A stretch of 63,987 nt of DNA, filler included, from Circinaria calcarea (Eukaryota): the NCBI GenBank assembly GCA_051942165.1. It is 36 parts of 36 records of this genome, joined end to end, with 100 filler letters (N's around TTAATTAATTAA, not from the genome) between each part and the next. Parts side by side here need not be neighbours in the genome. Positions count along the whole stretch, not along the records: positions 10,727 to 12,412 come from JAVECS010004345.1; positions 12,513 to 14,198 come from JAVECS010004346.1; positions 14,299 to 15,984 come from JAVECS010004347.1; positions 16,085 to 17,770 come from JAVECS010004348.1; positions 17,871 to 19,555 come from JAVECS010004349.1; positions 19,656 to 21,339 come from JAVECS010004350.1; positions 21,440 to 23,122 come from JAVECS010004351.1; positions 23,223 to 24,905 come from JAVECS010004352.1; 28 more parts are not named here. One strand, written 5' to 3'. The number at the start of each line of letters is the position of its first letter. Position 1 is the stretch's first letter. Of this stretch, positions 11,660-23,276 are shown piece by piece. A model generated the notes under the pieces. That model was given only the letters and a program-made list of their open reading frames with translations. It did no database searches and was not told where the DNA came from. The position numbers and the translations under genes were made by a program.

Positions 11660-12412
11660 TTAACGCCGGCTTAAATTCGATATGGCATTCGTCATGTTGG
11701 CCTCGACAACCTCCCAATCGACCCTCTCCCACCACCTTTCCAGAAACCTCCTCTTTCCGCCCACACCGTGATCTCTCAGCCATACGTGCTCCCACGTATT
11801 CACTCCCATTAACACGTCGAGGTTTTGCCCCCCGGGTGCCACTTTCCTCTCATTCCGGCTGTGTATCCCGAAAAAACCGGCGTTGCCAGTGCTGGTGCCT
11901 CCGTACGGCCGACGGGCATAGGACTGCGGGGTGTCGTCGGTGTATATGTTGGTCGTTGAGGTCGCCATGTCGACAGGCTGGGCGCGGTGGTGCGCACCGG
12001 GGTAGGGGGAGCCGGCGATGTAGGTGGTTAGGATGGAAAGGTTACCCGGGCCGGAAATTATGGATGGGGTGTTGCGGTATACGAGCCAGACGAAGCCGGG
12101 GCCGAACATGGCGGTTGCGGTGGCGAGGAAGGTGGCGCGGAAGGTGTCGAGGGAGGAGAAGGAGAGGTTTATTTCCTTGAGGAGGGGTTCGGGAATATGG
12201 GACTTTTTGGGAGACTGGGGGGCATGGAGGGTTGGCAAGGGAGCGGATCGAGGATGGATGTGGGAGGGGAACTCATACCATGGTGGAAAAGAAGAGGTGG
12301 TTGTTGTGGGCCATGGAGGCGTGGTTGAACAGGGAGGCATACTCGGCTTGGCGAGCACGCTTCAAGACGATCACTTTGGAGAGGGTATTCTCGTCCTCGG
12401 TGCCTAGTTAGA
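11660..12412 (-). CDS. RSM26: Mitochondrial small-subunit ribosomal protein mS42/Rsm26 (Fe/Mn-SOD fold), 5'-truncated
   Basis: [14 protein letters not shown] exon; [39 protein letters not shown] lacks the SOD metal-binding Asp; intron about 12205-12277. Confidence 0.8.
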
Positions 12413-14086
12413 NNNNNNNNNNNNNNNNNNNNNNNNNNNNNNNNNNNNNNNNNNNNTTAATTAATTAANNNNNNNNNNNNNNNNNNNNNNNNNNNNNNNN
12501 NNNNNNNNNNNNAATCTGTGGGGGGGAAACAAAGTATTCCCCACAGCAAAGGATCGGAACCGAAAGGGGGGGGGATAAAGAAATAAGAAACGGAGTGGTT
12601 CTCTTACTCGGGGGGGGGAAAGGAAGGGAAGGTAAGAAAGGTAAGAAAGGTAATGTGGAGGAAATAGGGTGTTACGCTATGCTCTTAAGATATAGGCAAA
12701 GACGCTGTCGAGAATGGGGAATAGGATCCTGAATAATGAAGAATTAAAGAATGTATAGCATGAACTGACTGTTACAGTATAGTGCATATATAAAGGAGGT
12801 ATTAGGACCGGTTTTAATATTGTATCTCTGATTGCTATGCTGCTTTGCTGTGTATGTGTGTATATCTATGTGTGTGTGTGTGTGTGTAGAAGTCCTCCAT
12901 GCCTGCCTGCCCATTCCATATGCGCACCCAGTCACTAATCGCCTTGGCTCCACCACAGTAAGAAAGGTAAGGAGATGGGGAGGGCCCCGGGGGAGGGGGG
13001 GATTTCCCGAAAACTGCCTGCAGATTGGTAATAGACTGTCCTGTTCTTTGCCATGTTCTTTTCATTGCTTTTCAGTTCGGTTCGTGGCCCCTACCGCATC
13101 GCCCTGATGATTGTTCTTGATTCCCGATTCCCGATTCCCTTGGACGGAAATACAGATTTCCGTACTCTTAGAACTTCCTAATCCTCCCTCCCCCCGCTTT
13201 TCTCCTCTCTCCTCTCTCCTCTCTCCTCTCACTGTTCGTGTACCGGGGGAACACGGGAACACAGGAACATATACTAAACTGTTAACTTCAGGTACCTTAG
13301 ATGACTGCCTCTATACTCCCCCCACCGGCCGACCTACCCTACCCTTTCCTTTCCTTTCTTTCCTTTCCTTCCTTTCCTCTCCTTCCTTTCCTTTCCTTGG
13401 ATCAAGTCAAACCAGAGAAAGAAAGAGAAAGAAAAGAAAAAAAGGGGGGACAAGGAGGGACAAGGACTCCGTAATACCGTAGCCGGGAGGTCGAGTTTTT
13501 TTTTCCCTTTAGTTTTCCAAAACAAAAAAAGGTGGTTTGGCGGGCGTGCGATTACTATAAAAATGGAGCCTGAACGTGGGCCTTCCTCGAAATAAAATAC
13601 TTATAGAGCCTGCACTACCCGAAAAAGGAAAAACAGCGCCGAGGCCGAGGGGTTTCTTAATTATACCCCCTATCCCTTGTCCCCCCTTCCACAATTTTCC
13701 ATTTCTCATCCTGTGCATATAAACTAGGATAGTAGTGACATCTATCCCGAGCCAACAAAAGGACATGTTTAATTTGGATACTAAGAGCATTCTGGAGCAT
13801 TATTATTCATCAATTGAGGCCGAGAGCAGACGAAGCTGATAAGAAGGCTCAACGGGTATGAATCTATGTGCTTGCTTTCCCAACCTACGCGGAGGGAAAT
13901 ATTAACATATGTCCGGTTTCTATCTCCCAGAGAAAAGTGTGCTAATGCCGCAAATGAAATCGCATCTCGCTCATCTCGCAGGAAAATTTCAAGGCACCGG
14001 GACAATGCAACGCCCCAGGTATCTCTGCACACATATTGCCGCAATAATCATGTCTCGATCACAAGCCCTGTGCTGAACCAGTCTGG

Positions 14087-14197
14087 TTAGTCGAGGCCTT
14101 CCACAGGTAGACTCTGCAGTCCGGTCTTCCGCTTCAGGATCATCATCTCCAGAGTAATTCCGGGACCAAACGCGGCAGCAACAACGTTTTCCCGGAC
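14087..14197 (-). CDS. Type III polyketide synthase (chalcone-synthase-like), last 36 residues (absent from ORF track)
   Basis: Manual translation VRENVVAAAFGPGITLEMMILKRKTGLQSLPVEGLD*; the (G/A)FGPG..E loop is the C-terminal signature of type III PKS. Confidence 0.75.
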   Translation of the reverse strand, partial: VRENVVAAAFGPGITLEMMILKRKTGLQSLPVEGLD

Positions 14198-16084
14198 CNN
14201 NNNNNNNNNNNNNNNNNNNNNNNNNNNNNNNNNNNNNNNNNNTTAATTAATTAANNNNNNNNNNNNNNNNNNNNNNNNNNNNNNNNNNNNNNNNNNNNGG
14301 GGGGCGGTTAGATAAGGTCAGAACAGGTAGGAAGGACTCCTTTAAAAGCTCGGGTGTCTCTCTTTCTTCTACCCGGGGAAAAATTGGAAATTTCATTTCG
14401 TAGCCCCCGTCCGCGTTTTCTTGCTCATCCTCTCTCCCCTATATCCGACCCCAGGAACCCGTTACACCTCCGCCCCCACCGGACTTGTAGAATACGTGAC
14501 TGAATTCCGGAAAAATTCCCCTCGGGTTCCCAGGCTGACTGAACCTGCCAGCTCAGAATCCCTTCGCTTCGTATTTATCCCATTTTCACATCGTTCTGGA
14601 TCGAAAAGCTTACGGAAAGTGGAAGTGGAACTGCATCTGAGCGGTCTCGTGCGCAAAAGCCTTTGTTTTTTTTTTCCGGAGGTGGTTTGGTGGAAAGGGA
14701 GGAGGGAAGGGGAGGAGAACAACGCTCGTTGTCCGTCTCCACTCTGCAGATGAGAGGAGTTGTTTCGAATTGATGCCGAACGGGGGTTCTCACAAACCTC
14801 GACTGGTTGAAAACGGATTAGGAGGGAGGGCTTTTCCCAGAAATCGGAGCTGATAACCAGGAAACGCTTCGTAACCTACTTCCCTCAGTATGGTCAAGCT
14901 GAGCTGACAACCATGCAAGCATTCGCGAACTGCAGTGCCTACGCGCAGTACGTACTTGTCGGAGGGGGTACACTGCTTCCCGATCTACTAGGCTCAGGAG
15001 CCGGGTCTGTACCCCGGAGGTGCCCACACATCTTGCAGAGGATCAGCAATCCCATCTTTGTTACTCCTCAAGAAATCCGACCTCAATAGCTAGCTCTTTG
15101 GCGGCGGTTGCTGGCTGTCAGTTCCCAACCTCTCACAAACAGTATTGCCACGAAATACAATCCAGCCAAAAGGGCGATATCCAAAATTAGGTTAGGAAGG
15201 GATTCTAATTAGATGAGAGTCTGTAGCTCTAGGGTAAGAAACGCATCGCCTTCATCAACGAGGCTATGGTACTCGGACGACGCTAGGTTTTCGGTGTTTG
15301 TAGGGACTGCAGCGGGGAGAGAGAGAATAACAGTCGCAGTCACAAGCTATTGAGGTGGAGTGAGTTGCCAGATGGATACAACAGGGGCAGAAGCTGGTGG
15401 GGAATGAAGAATCCGTCAGGGTTTATAAGTAAATGGGAAAAGTCTCCTCCTACAAGAAGACCTACCTCTGTTCTTCATGGACGACCTCTTGAGCCATGTC
15501 GTGATGCGACTGTAGATGGGATCGATTCATTTGCGAAGCTGTACAAAGGAACGAAGAGAACTTATATCACTCATCCCGCGTCAGGGTTTGCACACAATTC
15601 CAACGAGAGATCAGTAGCTTGCGTCTTATACTTAGCAACATCTCACTGAGCTAAAATAGCCCCCGAGACAAATCACCTTTAGCTTTGGGGTACCCACCAC
15701 TTACTGAGGTTCATCTAGGCGTCTAGCTTATTACACAAATCGGGGGCCCATCACGTGACCTGCTTAATCAACCATCACTCCCGCTGCTCCTGAAAGTAGC
15801 ACAGAGTTCCACATAACGATGTGTCAAATCCAGGACCGATTGTGGAAGGCTAGTTGCTTGCACGATACTCCGTACCTTGACAGCTCCCTCCTCCTCGATG
15901 AGTTTCCGGATGACGCGAAGCAGCGCCGGGGAAAACTATTCATCTGATTAGTGGATGCATTCTTGACCAACCAGTAGCCGGACCNNNNNNNNNNNNNNNN
16001 NNNNNNNNNNNNNNNNNNNNNNNNNNNNTTAATTAATTAANNNNNNNNNNNNNNNNNNNNNNNNNNNNNNNNNNNNNNNNNNNN

Positions 16085-16247
16085 CGCTCTTTAGAATAGC
16101 ATGCTTATAGACCCATAACGAGTTCAATACATACTTCTTGTATTGAGCCTAGAACAATAGTTTGACTACGTTCTATGTAACCGTGCTACCACCAATCGGA
16201 GCCTATCATATTCCTCAATAGCCTCCAAGGATTGCAGCGCCCTTACA
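16085..16247 (+). mobile_element. 3' part of an LTR (same family as 17329-17679)
   Basis: CGCTCTTTAGAATAGCATGCTTATAGACC...GGATTGCAGCGCCCTTACA is colinear with 17524-17679. Confidence 0.85.
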
Positions 16248-16410
16248 TGTGGTAATGTGAGGCACGAGCAATACGATGGCTATACGCAGTATATGCGAGA
16301 ACTAATCATTATAGAGAAAAAAGTATGCGAGTGAAAGGTTTTCACTATACGCCAAAACGCTAACTAAACGAGGTATCGCCACCCCCTAACCGTAGAGCCT
16401 GACACTTATA

Positions 16411-16528
16411 TATTTCTTTTATATTAAATTTAAAATAATAATTTAATTATATTTTATATAATCGTGCTGTTATTAATCGGAACCTATTATATTTCTTAAT
16501 AGATTTTAAGAATTGCAACGCCTTTATA
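16411..16528 (+). mobile_element. Heavily RIP-mutated copy of the same LTR 3' end
   Basis: Ungapped alignment with about 16131-16247; differences are almost all C>T and G>A. Confidence 0.8.
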
Positions 16529-16609
16529 TATTGCCCTAGGCTCAATATAAAAAAAAAATATTAAACTCGTTATAATTCTATAAGCATGTTATTTAAAAAA
16601 CGACGATAG

Positions 16610-16897
16610 TGTTATAGCGCCAACGCCATCACATAAGCTAAGGCCTAATAAGGATAGTCCCGGAGCGGCGGAGCCCGCGACCGGTGTTTAATATACTTAG
16701 TGTGCTTGGTATAGATGAGTAAGGTGAGCAAAGGGTTCTGCTTATAATTGTTGCACTGCGTGCAAAAGGTACTATTGAATTGGAAGTGAAGGATGATTTT
16801 CCCCTACGGGGAAAATCCTCGGGATATACTACCTAAATGGCGCTAACTTCCCGTTAATCCCCAAACCGCAGGCGCAGCCTGCGGTGTGACCATAACA
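16610..16897 (+). mobile_element. 288-bp LTR-like element (TGTTATAG...CCATAACA)
   Basis: TG..CA ends with a 7-8 bp inverted repeat; start resembles the 17329 LTR; GC island within RIP-degraded DNA; no TSD. Confidence 0.6.
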
Positions 16898-17328
16898 CTT
16901 TGGCTTTATTAAAATATAGCGTCGCGCTATAATATAAGCTTCCCCCCTAAGAATTTTGTCTCGAAAATCTAACGTTCTTTTTTTTTTCATTATATAAAGG
17001 ATTAAACAACGATTTCCTTCCATTACCCGTCGTCACCGAAAAGCTGATTCCATCGAGAAATTTAATTTAATTAATATACGTCCCTATTCATATTGCGTTA
17101 CCGATAAAACTTTATATATTAATTCGAAAAAATCGAATTCCTATATTATATATTATCGTAAATATTATAAATACGACCTCGCTCCTCCTGATAATAAAAT
17201 CCAGAAAATATATAAAAATATTATTTTATTAATTAATTAAGAAATCGAGTTATTATTTCGATTTATTTATATTTATAAATAAAAATATCTTCTATTAAAG
17301 CGTTTATAAAATTTAAATAATCGAGAGG

Positions 17329-17679
17329 TGTTATGGCGCTACGCCATACTGACTACGACCTAGCAGGGTTACGGGACGGAACGGAGCAACGTGGGAGCGA
17401 TGCTCTCGTTGCTTAGTTGTGTAATTATAGGGAGCAAAGGGAGCATCCCTATGCTCAGGTGTGCTCGGGTTGTGAGCAACGGGAGCAACCAGAGCAACTA
17501 TAGTATATAGGCAGGCTGTTCTGCGCTCTTTAGAATAGCATGCTTATAGACCGTGTTCAATAGACTCCATACTATTGAGCCTAGGGCAACAATTCAACTA
17601 CACCCTATGTAACCGTGTTATTACCAATCGAGACTTAACATATTCCTCATTAGGCCTCAAGGATTGCAGCGCCCTTACA
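17329..17679 (+). mobile_element. Solo LTR, 351 bp, with 5-bp target-site duplication AGAGG
   Basis: AGAGG|TGTTATGGCGCT...AGCGCCCTTACA|AGAGG; internal TATA-like GTATATAG; inserted into very AT-rich RIP DNA. Confidence 0.9.
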
Positions 17680-18563
17680 AGAGGATTAAAATATTATAGA
17701 ATTAAAAACAGATAAATAAATAAAATTATAAAAATTATAATTATTTAATTTTATATTTATTATTCTTAATNNNNNNNNNNNNNNNNNNNNNNNNNNNNNN
17801 NNNNNNNNNNNNNNTTAATTAATTAANNNNNNNNNNNNNNNNNNNNNNNNNNNNNNNNNNNNNNNNNNNNTTTGGGGTGAGAAATGTTCGGGGAGGCTAC
17901 CATACGCTATGTAACAGTGATAGGGATAGCGATAGCGATAGGGATACGACAGTAACAAACAACAAACACCATCTAAACTTTTTTCTTTTCTTTCCCGGGA
18001 GTAAAGGTCCGGTAGGTAGGGTACGGTAGGGTACGGTAGGATGAACAAGTAAGTGGTACACCCGCCCGCTCTTAGGCCCCGGTCCCGGTCCCGTAACGAA
18101 TCCTTTTTGGCTTTTTGGCTTTTTGCTTTTCGAGCCGAGAGTTTAAAGTTTGAAGTTTAAATTTTGAAGTTTGGGGATCTAAAAGGACCTACCTTTTAGA
18201 CGGAGGGAGGGGGACTCCTAGTATGGGTATGGCTTTGGCTTTGGCTTTTTTTTCTGGGATGCGATGGGATGGGGGTATGAACAGGAGATTGGGTGGTGGT
18301 TGTATCCCTTTCTTTTCCCCGGGAGCGGGGGAGGAGGAGTCGTTGAAGTTTATTGCATTGGATTGATAAAAATGGGATTAGAGATTGAAAAGGGCGCGTC
18401 CGGTTTTTCCAAATATAAGAGAAAACGGCGAAAGCAAAGGAGTATTCCTTTTTCGCATCCGTGATGAGAACAATCAAATCTATCCCAATTCTACTCTATT
18501 CTATGTAAGATCTGGAAACCCCTCCCCCTTATCTCCTTGGCCTCAGAGATCCGCCCCTCTCCC

Positions 18564-19555
18564 TCAAATCCCCGAATCATCCTGAAAAGCTTCCACGTCC
18601 CCCGCCTTCCAATAATTCCCCGTATCCGCAAACCAGCTCCTCCAATTCCTGCAAACTCTTTCCGTCTCCTTCAAGCTCCCTGGCTCAATCACTACCTCAT
18701 CCTGGCGCTCCAGGATCTGCAACGCGAGCCCGGAGGAGGCGTGCCAGGCGATATGGCAGTGCAGGAGCCATGATCCCGGATTGTCGGATTTGAACGCGAT
18801 GATGAGGTAGCCGCCGGCGGGGAGAAGGGCGACGTCGCGGCGGGGCGGGTTGTTGAGGGTGAGGTTGACGGTGGGACCAGGGTAGGGGGTCTCGGATTGT
18901 TTGAGGATGGCGAAGTCGTGGCCGTGGAGGTGGATCTGAATGGTGGGGTCAGTTGTCTTGGAGATACGTTGTACTGGGAACATGGACCTACAGGATGAGC
19001 GGCTGCGACAAAGTTACGGTTTTGATTGGGGAATGGTATATCGGTAGCTGTGATGAGCAGGTAGATCCAGGAATCGTCTTTGAGGTTCTCCGGTACCACA
19101 ACCAATTCTGGGTCCCAGTTTGTGTTGTTGAGGTTGAGGATTGTCGGATTACTAAAGTTGAGCCATAGCGGATGCTCGCCAATAGCCCAACGCGAAAAGT
19201 TACCATGAGGCGTGGGATGGTCTTTGGTTGGGGTGGTTAAGCCGGCTTCAAAGGTGTCGGCTCGCTCTGTAAACCGTTGGTAAAGGTTAACCTGTCCTGT
19301 GCCTATATCCGATAATCTAGAAATGGTGGTCAAACTTACCGTTATTAGAGGGTGATCCTACCTTCCACGGAACCACAGGGACCAGTGACTCGTATGGCTC
19401 ATCGGAGCACTTCAAGGGGAAAGTTTGGTTCGTGGTAGTAGGAAGCGCAGTACTTCCGGGGCTGTAGCGTAGTATGCCGACTTTCTCGTCCTGTGGAGTT
19501 GTGAATCTTCCACAGCCTCGCGCAACGAATGTACGAATCCAGAAATTCTGGTCCT
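18564..19555 (-). CDS. Laccase / multicopper oxidase (AA1), C-terminal part
   Basis: HP|IHLHGHDF split by an intron at about 18939-18989; NPPRRDVA; DNPGSWLLHCHIAWHASSGL; C-terminal DSGI typical of ascomycete laccases. Confidence 0.95.
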
Positions 19556-19655
19556 NNNNNNNNNNNNNNNNNNNNNNNNNNNNNNNNNNNNNNNNNNNNT
19601 TAATTAATTAANNNNNNNNNNNNNNNNNNNNNNNNNNNNNNNNNNNNNNNNNNNN

Positions 19656-19775
19656 CAAACGCCAGAAGCCATCAGGGAGACCTCCGAAGAGAGAGCAGAC
19701 CGCAAAAGGCTACAGTTGAAAAGGGAACTTGAAGAAAAAGCAAAGGTGCCAACGAAAAAGAAACGCAAATTCTAG
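19656..19775 (+). CDS. Basic C-terminal tail of an unidentified, probably nuclear protein
   Basis: Open from the contig edge: QTPEAIRETSEERADRKRLQLKRELEEKAKVPTKKKRKF* (NLS-like). Confidence 0.4.
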   Translation, partial: QTPEAIRETSEERADRKRLQLKRELEEKAKVPTKKKRKF

Positions 19776-21954
19776 ATTTCGGAGCGCCCTACTCGTCGGT
19801 TGGTATTCGGACATTTTCTTCAGGATATTGATGAGTACTGTTCATCTCCTTTGTGTCCCTTTACGCTAAGTATAAGAGATGTCGATTATAGTGTTGCTGA
19901 TGGATTTAAAATATCACATCTATATGAAGGTTTGAGTTGGATGATGTATATATCGGTGTTGCTCGTCTAACGAGCACCCATCTGCCGGAGCTAGTTGGCC
20001 AAGTGAAAAAACCCTTATATGTTCACCTAGTAAAGTAAACGCCTTTCTCCTATTCCAGTGTACATATCCTTGATATCCGTTATGTCAATAATGTGTTCCT
20101 TTTGCATGAGTACTATGCGGTGTGCAGGCAATGTCGGTTGAGTTGTGGAAGGTTATGCCCTAAGGTCCAGGTGCGAAGAAGCCAGTAAACATCACGCATG
20201 ACTTTCCTAACTTTGACGTCTCCCAACCGAGCGATGCAGGAGCTGGTGAGAGCCAGCCTGCAAACCGAGTCGTCGGGGGCTTTAATCGGCGCAGATGCAC
20301 AGGTCGGGAGAGAAGGATGAGAGTATGGTAGAGCTTGGCGATGGAGAATTACAAGAACTCTCAGAGAACCTTATCGATGCGCCTCTAGACAGGGAATCTC
20401 AGGAGAGAAAGCCATAAGACGGTACAGCCCTTGACGAGCAATCCCCAGAAGGTCTTGAAAGACTCTTGCGTGCCCGTACAGGCTGTCGGTCGAAACCGAA
20501 CGCGGCACGACAATTACGGGCAATAGGACGCGCCCTGCAGAAGATCCCTCGAATCAGAGCGTACGCAATGAAGGAAAAGAAAAGAACAATGTCAGGGCAG
20601 GGGAGAATGTTCAAAGGGAAACTGCTAGCATGGAATCTCGACGAAGCACCAACATACCAAGATACGAACAACCAATGAAGCAAGCAGTCATTCCACCTTC
20701 GGCAGAAGGTGAACACCACTGTCAACTAGTCCCACCTGCAACAAGCACCCCTTCGGCCTTCGATACCAACCTCATATACAGAAGCGGACAACCCGCCGAG
20801 CAAACCTGCTCCAAACCCATCCCAATAATGACGACTAATGTGAACCTACAGACATTAGCCTCCCGTATAATCCGGACTCCCCCCCCTCTCCAAAACGCCA
20901 CTGCATCCGCTCCGAGAAAAGAAAACACGAGCTCTCCCCCCCAATCTTCACTCTCCCCCCCTTCTCCTTCCCACCACACCACTACTATAGATCCCAGACA
21001 CCCTCCACCTCCTACAACCGCACCTATTCTCGCTGGTACCACTCCGCCTCCTCGACGTAGAAAACGTCCTCGCCGGAGAAAAAAACAAAAAAAAACAAAA
21101 AAAAAAAACAATCATACCACGGCCACCAGACGCCCCCCGAGTTAAGCGGAGGGAAGAAAGGCGGGAGAAAGGTCCAAGATTCAAAACTCCAAAATCAAAC
21201 AAGTCGCGTGGATGAGTCCGCGGAGGTTGAGGGGGGAAGAGGGAAGGAGGTTTTTCATTCGTGGCGGGCTGTGGAGTGGGTTGGATGGTTCAAGGGGTAG
21301 GCGCGAGGGCGTGTGATGAGATGGGATGGGGTGGGGAGGNNNNNNNNNNNNNNNNNNNNNNNNNNNNNNNNNNNNNNNNNNNNTTAATTAATTAANNNNN
21401 NNNNNNNNNNNNNNNNNNNNNNNNNNNNNNNNNNNNNNNGGGTAATGTTGGGCGATTGGGTAACCGGGGGGGGGTTTTTTTCTTAATAGAAACAGGAGCA
21501 CGGATAGATAGGGTCTAGAAATTTGCTTTATACACCATGCAATATAGTCACGAGATTTGCAGAGAGAGAGTTGTTTGTGCACCGGCATATCCATACGTTC
21601 TTTTTCTATGTACAGACGATTCTCCCCAAAGTGTCTAGGTATCTAGGAACATCCAATCCCGGTAATGCAAAACCCAGATACACGTATAGTGTCCAAATGT
21701 CGAAGGGAAAAGAAGAAGATCAAAGTGGAAGAAGAAGTAAAAGAACAAGAACACCCAAAATCCTGCCATCGAGGAAAATTCCGAGTAGAGAACGACAAGG
21801 TTCTTCCCATGTTGAGTCCCAGCCCCCCGGCAACCTCGTGCCTTTTCCGGCAATGTATTCCTGTACATCCAAAACCTTGTTCTATACGCACACAACCGGT
21901 GTACCGATGCCACCGTCAACACATTGAAGTAACTCCTCTTTTGTCCAATCCTAC

Positions 21955-23122
21955 TTATTTTCCCGCGTATCTTGAACCGGAAGCAGTCAAGGCCAAGGAG
22001 GTAGAGTCAGTAATCAACATACCAGGGTCGACCATGAAATAGGAGTATCGATCCACCATGGTAGCCTGATTGTCTAGCCACGGTAAAACTATGTCCATAA
22101 AAGCCTTGTTCAGGTTGGTATCTCTCTGGGGCTCGGCAGAAAATTCTGTAACCCAAATCTTCAACGGGCGCTTCGCCATCACAGCGATTTCTGCGGTAGC
22201 AAGAGTGATATACTTTTTAAATTCAGTGGCCTGATCAACAGCGGAACCACCTCTCCACCCGTACCAATGGATCGGGACAAAATCAATTGGGCAATCGCTA
22301 CATAACTTGAAAAACGGCGAGAGCCACTGCATACCCATCAGTCTGGGAGATGTAGTATTGCCGTTGCTAACAGACGGGGCACCTAATTGGGCATTGGGGT
22401 ATTGGGTTCTTAGAGGCGTCATATATTTGCGGTAATTCGTAGCAGCGTCGGCGGGAGAGATATCCGATCCACCGTAATCCACAATCTGGTCAGGCTCATT
22501 AAAGGCCAGGATAGCGTCGACATTTCCGAAACCGGCCTTAGCACTGGCTACAAAGCTCGCGAGGTTCCCACCTAAGTCGTGGAGCATAGGTACAAATTTG
22601 AGGTATGATGGGAGACCGCTGCCTGAAGCAGCCCAATTGTAAGCCCACGAAGAAGGTTCAACTGCGTTGGCAAATTGCTGGAGCCATGTGGGATGATTGT
22701 ACGCAAGACCGCGCTTGGCACCAGACAAGCTAACGGAGCGATCAACTGTAGTAGCTGTAGAGCTTGCAGCGGCAGTGGCTGAGGACGTCAATGACACCGC
22801 CGGGCTGGATGAAGGAGTGTAAGATGCGGAGCTGGTTGAAGAGGTCATCTCAGTGGTCGTACTCGACGGAGGACTGTAGACTTTGGAGCTGCTCGAGGAA
22901 GTAACTACACTTGCGACACTCGTACTTTTGGTCAAGCTCGAGGAGCTAGGGGAGACAACGACCGATGTCCGCTTGCTGTGTGAAACACGCTTGTATGGGT
23001 AGCTGACGGATGACACAGCTCCGGTACCAGTAGGGTACGCAGTGGAGTAGATTCCGGTGGGGCCGACAGGTCCTGCCGAAGATGTATCGTTTCCGTATCC
23101 TACAGAGGTAGAGTATACACTG
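21955..23122 (-). CDS. GH128 beta-1,3-glucanase (Asl1-like) with N-terminal Ser/Thr-rich region, 5'-truncated
   Basis: KRGLAYN, WAYNW, FVPML, LAFNEPD, DFVPIHWYG, IWVTEF, VDRYSYF. Confidence 0.9.
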
Positions 23123-23276
23123 NNNNNNNNNNNNNNNNNNNNNNNNNNNNNNNNNNNNNNNNNNNNTTAATTAATTAANNNNNNNNNNNNNNNNNNNNNN
23201 NNNNNNNNNNNNNNNNNNNNNNCATGTAACTCAATTACATCCTTTTCTGCCAAACGTTCACAGAGCAACACCGAGG

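Noticed and set aside
11660..12412. Fe/Mn superoxide dismutase
   Set aside because: The DxWEHAYY metal motif is replaced by NTWEHVWL, and the GSPYPGAH insert fits mitoribosomal Rsm26.
12860..13460. (GT)n, (TCTCC)n and (TTTCC)n tracts; also (CCACT)n at 7856 and (CCAAGC)n at 24873
   Set aside because: Ordinary microsatellites that generate spurious low-complexity ORFs.
14299..15984. Possible ncRNA or gene in this contig (also 25006-26687 and 37467-39144)
   Set aside because: No recognisable protein motif, tRNA, snRNA or rRNA pattern by eye; probably intergenic or UTR. An Rfam search would be needed to exclude ncRNA.
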